Shown here: positions 37,196-48,989 of the stretch, piece by piece
Numbering within the stretch: position 1 is the first letter of the stretch
How the letters are laid out: each line of letters begins with the position of its first letter
Source of the DNA: Gnetum montanum
Lineage: Eukaryota; Plantae; Gnetophyta
Assembly (NCBI GenBank): GCA_015680685.1
Contig: MNCI01000527.1
Coordinates: 62,001 to 126,000 of the forward strand
Direction of reading: 5' to 3'
DNA: 64,000 nt
Made by a program: the position numbers and the translations under genes
The notes under the pieces: generated by a model
Databases searched by the model: none
The model's input: only the letters and a program-made list of their open reading frames with translations
Told to the model about the DNA's origin: nothing

Positions 37196-37220
37196 TAAGG
37201 GGGGTAGATTGTAACATCCT
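37196..37220 (+). other. Orphan PPT plus LTR-start-like junction
   Basis: CGAGGACAAACG...TAAGGGGGGTAGAT|TGTAACATCC resembles a Ty3 3' end; no partner LTR found. Confidence 0.35.
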
Positions 37221-37859
37221 CATTCCCAAATGATGCTGTTGCATAATGAAGATGGTTCTTCTTTATAACAAGTGTTATCATTATTGAAATAAGACCCAAA
37301 AGGGCATGTTGTAATTAAGACTTGAAAAGGTGCATTGTAATAACATACATGACTCTTGAGGTAACTTTTGAGGGTTTGACCTATGGAATTTATACTCAGG
37401 CTTAGGGGTTATGCCAACATGAAGTGGTGGAATCGTTATAAGCAAGTCATAGGTGCTAGGTGAAGTAGGACAAGAAAAGGACTAGCCATCCTTTCTAGCC
37501 AGTGATTGGCCTAATCGTGGTAGTAGTGTTGGATTATTTTCTTCTTTAAAATTCTAAAATACTTCTCTTTTGCATATGCTAAATGGAAAACCATGTCCAT
37601 TGGCTCCAGAACATGAATTCCAAAATCAAAGTGAGGAATTGACATGGATATACAAATGTGATTTCTCAAAGTAAATGAAGGATTATCCCTATGCTAAAGT
37701 GCACATTATTCTAGAAACATCTCATCTCTCTTGATTTTTTAATGATTTTTGTGATGACACCCTCAACATAAGAGGTCATTTTCATTCTAAACTTGTCAAG
37801 TTTTCTAGTGGTGATGCTAATACTTTTAGTTATAGCATTCTGATGTTGTAGTCTAATTA

Positions 37860-38510
37860 TTAGCTCATTGGCTTGTTAACAAGTAATTCATGGATTTGAG
37901 CTTCACCTATATCATAATTGCTAGTTATATGTCCTAGCATTATAAAGGTTCTAATTGTTTGTTAAAATTTAGTGTCTACCTCAATAACCCTTCAAATTGC
38001 ATTCTTATGCTTATGGATATACAAGATGATGATATTTGCAAGGTGTTGAAGTTGGTAGCCAACTCTTAAGTATTCTCAAGCATCATTGTTATTGTTTTGT
38101 ATTGCAATGAGGGTGTATGATATGTCACCAAGTGTGAGTTATTTCAATGCAAATGAGTAATTTACATTTTTGTAGTTCAAAGATGCCTATCCAATTTTAG
38201 GACATGACTAACATATTTTGATATTCCTATATGAGAAATTGCAAGTGGGTGCTTCTTTCTACAACTTCTTGATATTTAATGTATTTGGAGTTATGGTTAC
38301 TATTGACCATTAATATATTGATATATTATTATTATTGACCATTAATATATTGATATATTATTCTTGATGTAGATCGTTACATTTATTTCACTTATGTACA
38401 TGTGCATTTGTACTTATTTTTTTTTTCCTTTTTAAGCTTGGAATGTTCACATTCTACTCCAAAGCAGACCAATGCAGTCAGCCTAGTCATGATATGCTTG
38501 TAAGCTTTTA
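37860..38510 (+). pseudogene. Possible Ulp1/peptidase C48-like remnant, apparently spliced
   Basis: Fragments LIGLLTSNSWI, IIVIVLYCNEGVxY, FKDAY and TPKQTNAV occur in the order of the Ulp1 WL.D / HW / D / PxQxN motifs; catalytic residues are not preserved. Confidence 0.25.
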
Positions 38511-39871
38511 AATATAATTACTTGTTTGTCTGTCCATTACTAAAAGCATTTATAAAATACAAAGTTATTTCTCATAAATTCACCTAGACACGAGAAAACA
38601 AATCAAAATAAAATCTACCATATATTTAGAATGCCTTTTTTGCACCAAACGCCACCATGTTGATTAAACTTGATGAACGGTTTTAGTGGCAATTGAGAAC
38701 ATACTAAATCTACCAATACTAGAACCATTAGAATAGGATAGAACTGAAATCCAAATATTTAAATGCATTTATTCAATAGTAAAACAAACAACTAGAAAGA
38801 AGTTAAAGATTTCATGGTAATTCTACGTTAACATGAAAGGAAGAAAACACAACCATGACCAAACTAAAGTATAATAAATTGTCGTAGACTCTCGTAGCAA
38901 ATCCTAGCCTATCAAAAAGCATCGAAATTTTTGATTGCGATGTAGGTTAACTCACCCTCCTAGTCATTGTCTTTGATAATCTAAAGTCTAAACTTTGCAA
39001 CAAAAACTATGTTCTATCCCTCCTCTTGCCTTTCTTCCTCTTGTGTGGCCTTCTGTGATGCCACTACTTGCTCACTGTTTGTGTGAAAGTGAAATTTTGA
39101 ATTGTTGTAATTCTTATTTTTTACATTTTAACTTGTAATGTGAGTATCTATGATTTACATGTTTCAAAGAACTACAAGCTACATTTTATTTTAGTCATCA
39201 CAAATTAAGGTAAAATATGCGAATAGCATATTTAGGTGCGACTCACACTTTTTTTTCTATGAGATGTGAAATGCATAATAAAATGCTACACACACCTTGT
39301 ACAAAAGTATGCTGGTCACATATTAGATTGCTAGTTGCACTATAAATGCAATATGCACATCATAGTATTCAGTGCTAGTCACAGTTTCCATGTGAAAATT
39401 GCAATTAGCATTGTGGCACACTGTGAAAAACTGGTTTTCGTAAATATTTTAGCTACAAAGATATGTGCATCACATGGACTTGCAGAATCAATATACAAAA
39501 CCATTGCAACTTGCATGGATTTAAAAAACTCAAGGCTTCGCAATACTGTAAGACATGTTATTTCTAAAAGTTTGCATGAGCATGTGAGTTGCATGATCTT
39601 GTAGTTTCTGAGAAATTATTATTGGTTTGCATATAATACAAATACATCTTTTGAGATTGATTTCTCAAAAAAGCAAGGCTTAAAAATAAAGAAATGAAAA
39701 TAGGTATCAAAGTTTAAATGGAAATGCAGGCAATCATTATTCAAAATGTAATTAAAATTCACCATAATCAAATAGGCAACACATATCCAAGACATAATCT
39801 TTCAATATCATGTTAAGTTGTATAAAGCATAACTTTATCCAACACAATACTATAACAAACATGTTGTTAAG

Positions 39872-41466
39872 TGTACTGTCCTAAATCGTCGGTGTAAGGC
39901 TGGAAGGGAAACAAACATCGAGAGATCGTCGGGCAGCCACAGCTGACCCTGCCTTCGCTCGAGGGCAAGCTGGAAAAATAAACGAAGGCAGAGTGCCTTG
40001 GATGGTCTGCACGCAAATCAACCAAGGACTTCCCCGAGCGTAAGCTACGGCTAGCGCTAGGGTTATTGTAAACGGGATGTATACAGAATGCAAACAGTGA
40101 TACGAAATGTAAACAGAGCGTACTAAATTATAAATAAAGCATAAATAGAGCTATATTGTAAACAAAGCATAAACCAAAGCAAATAATGTAAATAGGAGGC
40201 AATGATGAAACTGTATTGTATTGTTCAAACAAGAATATGCATTGGTCAAAGCATAGTTGCACACGTGTGGATGGCAAGTCAAATGCCTAGCCCCAGAATG
40301 ATATGACACGATGATGCGATGATAAAATGGGATGAACGTGAGAAAAACTTGGAAGCCAACAATCAGATCTGCTGAGTGCATAAGGATTGCAAGTTCTGTC
40401 CTTTTTCAGAATTGCCAATCTCTCCAATTTTTTAGAATTACCAATCTCTCCAATTTTTGCCTCCCTCCATCTTCTTTTTTTTGTCCTTGCCTCCTTCAGT
40501 TTGTGTGAATTGATAGGGTATTTATAGGGTTGGGCTAGGGTTGGGCTAGGGTTTTCTTTGACCAGATTCAATGTATTTTACAATTTGTGGGTCATTCAAG
40601 CCCATAAAAAAAATACAAATTAGAAATACAAGCCCTCAAGCAATAAAAAATTTAGAAATTTAAAAAGAAAATTTAGAAAGATTAACTCTGGCTCCAGCTC
40701 GCTTGAAAAGTTATATATTTTTTTTTGCTGAATATTTGGCCTGATTTTGCATGGGCTTTCATATCCCTTTGCCATTTTACAGATTTCTTGAAAAAGAAAA
40801 TCAAGAAGGATTAACATCGCCTCGCTTGTCTAGCATCCAGCGTGACTTGCAGTGTGATCTCCAAAACTTGCAATTTTGGGCTAAAATTTGGAATTTCTGA
40901 AGGTTGGGACCCATAGTTATCAATAGTGGACCTTGAGGATGACTTACACCCTTAAAATCAAGTCATTTTGGCTCAGTTTTGGGGCTCTAAAAATTGGTGA
41001 CGCTGATCCTTACGCTGTGCAGCTTCTGAAAAAGTAACCCCAGCATCACCAAGTCAACAATGGCACATTTGAGACCCTAATCCTGATTTTCTAGAGGCTG
41101 GAAGCTGCTGGGGACCTTGGTGAAGGTCATGGGGGGTCCTTGTGCTTGATTTCGGCCTATTTGAACTCAATTTCGGGGCTCCAAAAGTTGGTGACGCTGA
41201 TCCTTACGCTGTGCAGCGTCTGAAAAAGTAACCAAAGTGTACTTAGCCAAAACCAAATATTTTGAACCTAAAACTTTTAATTCTGGATGTTAGAAGTTGG
41301 TGCATTCACCTGTGGGCCCCAGGGGAACCTTGCCTATTGAATCATGAACCATTAGGGGCTGTTTCGGAGGCCTCCAAGTTTGGTCACGCTGTACTCATGT
41401 TGGGCAGCAGCATGACTTAGCTTGATTCTTGTCTAAAAATGCTAGGCCAAAATTAGTGGTGTTTCA
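39872..41466 (-). mobile_element. Solo LTR (1595 bp), Tat/Ogre-like
   Basis: TG...CA ends with perfect TSD TTAAG (39867-39871 / 41467-41471); minus-strand start TGAAACACC equals the LTR start at 58419; internal repeat at about 40970 / 41165; CpG retained. Confidence 0.88.
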
Positions 41467-41569
41467 TTAAGTAATCAATAACAAATACATGATATCTTCT
41501 AATCATAGTTAGCTATTCAATGATGTTAAACAAAAAAATACATTGGCAAGAATGTCATGAATTGAACTA

Positions 41570-44500
41570 CTAGTTCAGGGTAGATATGGGATCAGAGGAT
41601 TGTCTCTAATTTTTTTGGCCTTCTACACTCAAATTTGCAAGCAAAACAAAATTGATTTAAAAAAAAAAGAACACAATGTAAATTATTTTAATAAGCATAG
41701 ATAACCAATGAAATGGTATCCTCACCCTCATTAAAAAATTTTCGTGCATAGTTAGCAAGAGAAAGCCTTTGTGCAGAATATTTGGTAGGACTATTCCAAC
41801 TAGACAATGTTTTTTCACTCACTAATCCGTTTGTGTTACTTAAAAATAAAAACTTCGATTATAATAATTTCACATGTTATTCTATTCCTAAAATATTCTC
41901 CTTGTTTTCAGGCAATGTCTTTGCCAATTTTTTCAATGTGTTTTTGAGCTTATGAATTTTTGTTTTCCATTGTGCATTTGCTTTACCTTCATCCACCTCC
42001 ATATGTTGATTTGTATTGTCCACCATGTCCACGTCATTAGTGACAGACCTCTGGCTACTTGATCCCAATGTCTCTAGTGTCATTTCAAGTCTTGAAGCAT
42101 CTTCTTGACTAGGGAATTGATGTGGTTGCAATGAATTTAGTTCTACAAGCACATGTGAATCGTAAAACTCATATTGAAAGAAGAACTCGAATGCATTGGT
42201 AAGATCCTTCACCTTAATAAGAACTTTCATTAAGTGCTTGCAAAAATTGCCAAGGCAAAACCATTTACACTCAGAAGATATACTAAAAGAAAATATGTTT
42301 GAAACCTTGTACCAACTATTCAGCCTCAAACTATTCTGACTTTTCACAGTGATGGGACGCGATATCGCATTCTTCCCTACAATATCGTGTACGCGATATC
42401 GCAGCCTGTTGCTAGTCTTATAAATAAGAGGCAGCTCTCCCTTGTTTCTCAGTTTTATGTTAGATTGTAGCTAGACTTTGGCAAATTTTCCCTCCAGAGA
42501 TAGAATATTTTCCAGTGTCTGCCTGCAGTGTGGTGAATGTAATTGTATGACATCCTTTATTTGAGTGTGATGTACTTGGACATGCACATGATCGGCAATA
42601 AAGATCAAGATTACTTCATCATTGCTGCATTCACTCTGTTTATTTATTTATTTAATCGTTATTTACTACTTTCCTAGTTAATACTCTCTCACCCTTAAAC
42701 TCATGTTAAATGCGGAATGAGTACGACTTGATTACGAACATTTAAGTGTGACTACTTGGTAACCCAGTGGCGTACCTAGGATTTGCGCTTGGTAATCTTA
42801 GTGGTAGTCGTGCACGAGGTCCAAGATATGTACGGATGATCAAGGAACGGATGCTCATCGCACTTAGGCTAGATTAGATTCTCTCTTACCCTTTTCTCCT
42901 AGCTTAGTTAATATTACTTTCCATTGCCTTCAGGAGTAGCATTAGATTAGGAACCACATCATACACCTCACTCTGGACTAAACCATACATGACAAATATA
43001 ATACTAGTCCAGGTGGAAAGATAGCGAACTGCGACTTAAGGTTAACTGTCTAGGTGCCACAACTAGTCCGTCTATGGAGTTCGATCAGATCGTGCGTGAA
43101 AATGCTTGTATTCATATGGTTGAGTGTAGGGGTACCTCGCCACTCATCACACAACATATTCATCTTTCTTTTTCATGACTTGAACATAGTCAACATCATA
43201 TATTTATAAAGCCTTTTTCCATGACTTCTTATTGTAATCTCTATCCTTATTTACCAAATATCTTGCAGCTTTAATTCTTGAATTATTCTAACAATGTAGC
43301 TATACCTTTGTTAAGCTCCATATAAGCCAATCAATCCTTTGGTATTTTCTATTTCTATTTCTTATATCTCTTAAAAATTTTCCTTTCAAAAATCCGTGGT
43401 ATGACTCAATAGCATTATTTGTGTGTTGTTATGCATGGGGAACATCATGGAATGCTTTAGTCCACATTTTTGTAAATAAATGATTAAAGACAAAAAAAAA
43501 TATTAAACAAATGGGATAAGACTATGATTATGGATATGAACTTTTATGTAATGTCAATAAGTGCTAGAAACTCACTAAATTTGTCTCCATTTAACCACTA
43601 TTTTTTTAAGTGTTTAATGAATTTTGAGTTCTCTTGAAACCTATCAATAAATTTGTTTATTTCCACAACAACATCTACAACAATTTTTCATTTATTCATA
43701 ATATGATTAAGATGATTGTCATTACTTTTCTCTTATTGGAATATCTAACTTTGGTTACCAAGTTCTTTCTCCATGCCCTCCAAACGAGCTAAATGCATAA
43801 AAAAATTCTAGTCCCAAAATAGACCTGATAAATTATCAAATTTTAGCACATGTTAGGATATCTCAAACGAAGGTAGCATGATTTCAAGTATGTTTTTGAA
43901 TGCCTTAAAAGTTACCTCACTCCATTCATATCTACCTTCGAGTCATTTAGCATGAAAGCATTTACTATCTAATTAAGCTCCATAGCCTTACCTTTTTGAT
44001 GAAGCTTTAAAAGCCAACCTCTTATATCAATCTTGGTGCACCATGAGGATATCACACATGCAATTGGAATTCAATTATAATATGAATCAAAAGCCATCAT
44101 TGTATGAAGATGGAATTGCAAAGAGAATCACATGATTGTAATTAGCTAATGTATAATTCTACTATGACACCAAAAATTTTTAAAATGGAATAATAGCTCT
44201 CGTTATTGAAATTTACATAATATTTGTTAGTGTTAAAAGTGAAATCCATTACAAGGACACTACATTGAGATAGCGCTATCATCTTTTTGAGTATCCAAGG
44301 TGATTGCAACTTGATGATTAATGGGACACCTTGTTCTTGGTTCTCTTCTTGGAAGTAAAAGAAAACATTACAAGTCATTTGGTACCATAGCTGGGTATTG
44401 ATTTTATCATGCTCACTTTTCTTGTAATTAGGGGTTACATTTTTGCAAATGTTGTAAATGTCTTTTTTAACAAGAGAGATATCCCTCTTTTTTGATAGCC

Positions 44501-45200
44501 CAAACTCTTGTCCTTAAAAAGATCTTTTGATATACCTCTCATAGATGAGATCTATTGGTAATCCTTCTTTCTATAAACACATTATCCTTTGAGGCACCTC
44601 ATTGAAAATGTGTATGGATTGTGAGTTTTTTTTATTTATCATGGGATCAAGGAAGCTATGATAGTAAGCTCTTGATGTGTCAATATGATTCATTTTTTAT
44701 ATATATAATACATGCAACATGATTAGCTCCTCTCATATAGCAAACTATGAAATGACATTGACAACCAATCTTTCTTCTAGTCTTATTTCTTTTTCTACCT
44801 TCCTTAGGTACTATCCTTGTAGTAACATTTGGATTGTACTAGTAATGATAATTGGTAAAAAAAAAATATTCAAACAGGGTCATAGTATTCTAAATTATGC
44901 ATCTTTGTATTATAAGATATTATTAGATAAATACAAAATAGTAGTGAGTAACTTACATTATCTAACTTATGTAATGGTTCCCTCGTGAGTGAGTCTTCTT
45001 TGTCCATTTCTATTGTTTTTTAGTTACATAGAAAAATTCGCAAGGAAAGATCTCATTCTTCTGTTTATCCTAAATAAAATCATCTACTCTTTCTCTATAT
45101 ATTTAAGCAAATGCATTGTCATAGAAATAAGATCATCAAATATCATCTTTTCACAAATTCCTTGCTCGGAGATTTTGTATTTCTTGTTGCCACATGGTTT
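41570..45200 (-). pseudogene. SWIM zinc-finger / MULE-type transposase pseudogene, At1g60560/At4g13970-like, with introns
   Basis: Motifs in order: RVDDFI (about 45085), IGCQCHFIV...H...H (about 44670-44770), LIIKLQSPW and MDFTFNTNKY (44142-44378), RAWRKNL (about 43770), TNNAIESYH (about 43410), SWIM ECKWFCLGNFCKH (41877-42347); stops, frameshifts and an LTR insertion. Confidence 0.8.
42350..43149 (+). mobile_element. Solo LTR (800 bp) of the Athila-type family, inserted in the SWIM transposase
   Basis: TGATG...CTCATCA ends; TSD CACAG/CACAA; 3' end GGTTGAGTGTAGGGGTACCTCGCCACTCATCA matches the other LTRs; TATAAAT at about 42419. Confidence 0.88.
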
Positions 45201-46233
45201 CCTAGAAATTGACATGCTCTTGTCTTCCTTACATTCTTCAAAGATTTTGCATAGTACAAATTCAACATATCTATATTTGAGATAATGTATTCATCACTTA
45301 CACAATATAAGTTGATTGAAATGAAAGCAAGTAGTGTACTTTATTTGTAAACACTATCATAGAAGACTTACATAGCATACAATCCATTTAGCATAGCAAG
45401 ATTAACCTTCAATGACAGTGCATTACTCATAAAATGCTCTTCACTCCCTTGTCATGCTCTACATACTTTATGCTACTAAAATAATGTATAAAATGATGTA
45501 GTAAATTGGTAAATTATTCTAGAAATCTTACACAATGTATTAGCAATCAGTAGAGGTACATCTTCAAGTCCTTGACCATATTAATGAAATACTTTAGTAA
45601 GATTGATTGTCAATGATAATGTGATTACTCATGTAATGAGCAATGCTCTTTACTCCCTTAGCATGCTTTGCTTTCTTTTGGTATTTTCTCTGCATAAAAT
45701 GAGGTGGTAAATTGTTTGAGGTGGTTTTTATTTTTTACCTCATACCACATGATGCAACCTTATGTGTATCACATATAAACTACAATTTACATATAACAAT
45801 GCAAATTGTAGTTTATTGAAAAGGTTGCGAGGGACTGTGATTAGCATTGTCCCACACTCCAGAAAGTGTGAGCCAATGAGAATAGCAATCTCACACAATT
45901 TCAATCGGAAGATAGTTTGACCTTCAAGAAGGGCAAAAATGCTTGAGATTTATGTTCACTAGAAGGCATGATATCTTTCGGAAGACTTTAGTACATGAAC
46001 TATGAGAAGTTGTGAGTAACATCAGCTCACACTCTCCATAGAATATAGAAAAACCCTAATGTATAACAACCAAAACTAAAAATTAGTACCTGAGGCATAA
46101 TAAGCTCTTGGGATACCAACACTTCTATTTTCAACTTAGTATTTAATTTGAAAAGTCATGAATAGTCATTAGATGATAGTTAACTATGATGAGTTAGAAA
46201 CCTAAGTATGACATTGGGAATCATAAAATTTTT

Positions 46234-47103
46234 TGATGAGTGGCAAGGTACCCTTGTGTCCAACCATACAAATTACAAGCGTTTACACGTGATTCGGTTG
46301 AATTCCACAAACCTTAAGTTCCTAAGTACACTGGCTTCAGGATGTGACATCTAATCGTGACAATCATTGTCTTCTCAACTACACATGTGGAGCTTAATTG
46401 TATGGTTAAGTGTAATTAAGGCATATGATTTTTATTATTTTATATTTTATTTATCTATAATTAACAATAAGCTAAAACTTAATTTATGAATCAATCTAAC
46501 TAATCTAGTTGCTAATTAATAACTCACTATCCTAACATAAGCATTCAGGTTCCACTTTCCATGTACATCCTGAACATGTATAACACTGTTGGATTATCAA
46601 ATGTTAAGTTTTGTTGGGATTATCAAGAGTCATGCATGTTTGAAGCGATCATACTTATGTGCTTAATTAACTAGTATTTAATCTAGCTAGATCACTTTAG
46701 CTTAATTAGTTGGTAGTATTAAATGAAATTACACAAAACATAAAATACATGAATAACATATTTAAGGTAGCCAAGGTGCTGCAAGGTTTGATTAAAAAAC
46801 TCATCTTTATTGCTGCACACACTACTATACTTAGGTATAACAATGTTTGAATAAAGATCCGTACACTTAATGACTCTTGTTATGGAGGCTTTGGAAAATA
46901 TTCTAACTCTAGAGAAAAGAAGCTGTAAGAGCTTTGCTATGTTATGAAAAAAACTATATGGAATCTGTGTGCCAAAGTGCTATATTTATACGTTGGCACA
47001 TACCTCGTGATATCAAATATTGGACATTGCATCTTGGGACCCAATATTGTGTACCCAATATCACGGTTCTAATATTGGAACCAAGAAAAAATGCAATTCA
47101 TCA
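46234..47103 (-). repeat. 3' LTR
   Basis: TGATGAGT...ATTCATCA; similar to 55234-56049. Confidence 0.88.
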
Positions 47104-48338
47104 TACCTCCACAACTAAATGAAAACTCATCCTCGAGTGAACAAGAGGAGGAATAAGTTCCTTACAAAATATTGAAAAGGTATGAGATTATTGATTGACA
47201 TGCAAATTGACTCAAATAGAATAGATAGACTCTAAGTGCCCAAGTGTACAAATTTACAATTTTTTACAAAATTGGGTATTCATAATAATAGAATTGAACA
47301 CCTTGTAGAAAACTAACATTCAACTCCTCTGGTAGTTGAAGAGCGAGGGAGAAGATCCAACGATCATGAATGGTCCTCATTGCATAGTGCTTTTGTGTCT
47401 TCCTTGGTGAAGACAGTCCCCTTTCTAGTCCATGCTTCCCATTGCAATCACAACAAAATCGTGGATTAGTGTGCAATGTGTAACATATAGTTTTTAAAGT
47501 ACCTTATCTCATCAATGGTTACACTTGCCTAGCTTGTGATTATAGTGGATTGATTCTTTTAATAGTGTTAGTGAGAAGATTAAACAATAGGATGGAATGA
47601 ATAAGTAGTTTGTTATTAATTCTAAACAGTCGAATGTGATGAAATGCTTGAACAGGGTTTAAGATTTCACAACAATAAAAAGAGGATTTCACTAAAAAAC
47701 ATTGTGAAGATATGTACAATTGGATGTCATTAATGAGGCATGCAAAAGGATTTGATTGTGAGGATGTCTAAGGATAAAGAACTTAACTAACCTAACTAAA
47801 AGGTATGCAAGTGAGTTCTTCCTAAAGTAGACATATTCCCTTTATTACCCTTGCATAACTTTAAACTGAGGAGTTTGTGGAGCCCATGGATGATTAATGG
47901 TTACGAAAAGTTAACTACAAAAACCTAGAAGAAACTACCATAGTATTTCAACACATCAAACCAAGACATTAAACAAGAACATGAAACTGGTAGTGAGGTG
48001 AGACATGGAAAGCATAGATGGATGAAAGAGAGAGAAGAACAGAGTTCCCAATTAAGGTCACATGAAGTCCCTTGTGAATTTTGTAGTTAAATAACTTGAT
48101 AAAATCCATCTTTAGTCTAGTCTAAGACCAAAAACATTCAATGATGTCGCATCACCAGTCTAAGAGCAGTCCACACCCCTGAGACACAAGAGTGCTCCTA
48201 CAGAATAATCACTATTCCTTATTGAAGAAGAAAAGAGAAGTAGAAAGTGAGAAAGGGCCTTAGCTAGAGGGGACCTTCAGGAATGGGTAACATGTCTTTC
48301 TAGTTCCATAACTAGTGCTTGTAGCTCATTTATTTTGT

Positions 48339-48506
48339 NNNNNNNNNNNNNNNNNNNNNNNNNNNNNNNNNNNNNNNNNNNNNNNNNNNNNNNNNNNNNN
48401 NNNNNNNNNNNNNNNNNNNNNNNNNNNNNNNNNNNNNNNNNNNNNNNNNNNNNNNNNNNNNNNNNNNNNNNNNNNNNNNNNNNNNNNNNNNNNNNNNNNN
48501 NNNNNN
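48339..48506. other. Assembly gap (168 N)
   Basis: Run of n. Confidence 1.
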
Positions 48507-48989
48507 TCATGAAAAAGAAACCATGTCCTAGTTATTAGTAACAAAATTCAAAGCTAGAATCTAGACACCAACAATCAAATAACCAGATAGCACATGCCCA
48601 CATCAACAAACCATACTATACCTAGTTGGCAATAAGGCACATTTTTATTAAAAAAAAATTAGAAAATCACATCCAAATAAAAGAAAATATACAAGAAATT
48701 GTAAAATATTTAAGAAAAATAAAATATACTAATGATGTTGTAAAACAAAAAATTTTGAAAAATTAATAACATAAAAACAAAAAGGTGTAAGATAAAGAAT
48801 GTATAAAAAAAAAGTTATGTAAGTAACAAGATGTAAAACAAAAGATGAAAAACTAAGGAGCTACTTATATAGTTAGCATGGATGGCCATCTCTCCCACAA
48901 CTAAGTTGAAAGGAGGAGATCCAAAAAATTGAGTGTGGTTGTTCATCCAATGAGGCGTTTATTACACTAGCTTGCTTAGGCTCATGGAA

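Larger units (their letters stand above)
32650..39606. mobile_element. Putative degenerate TIR DNA transposon (CACTA-like ends) with cargo
   Basis: Left end CAGTACAAGGCTACACAACTCACA...CATAATGTGTCTCGTAGTA versus reverse complement of the right end AACTACAAGATCATGCAACTCACA...AATAACATGTCTTACAGTA; both ends carry about 500 bp of TGCA-rich subterminal repeats (CCATTGCAACTTG at 32800 and 39501). No clean TSD. Confidence 0.45.

Noticed and set aside
48277-48544. ORFs spanning the N run
   Set aside because: Artefacts of the assembly gap.
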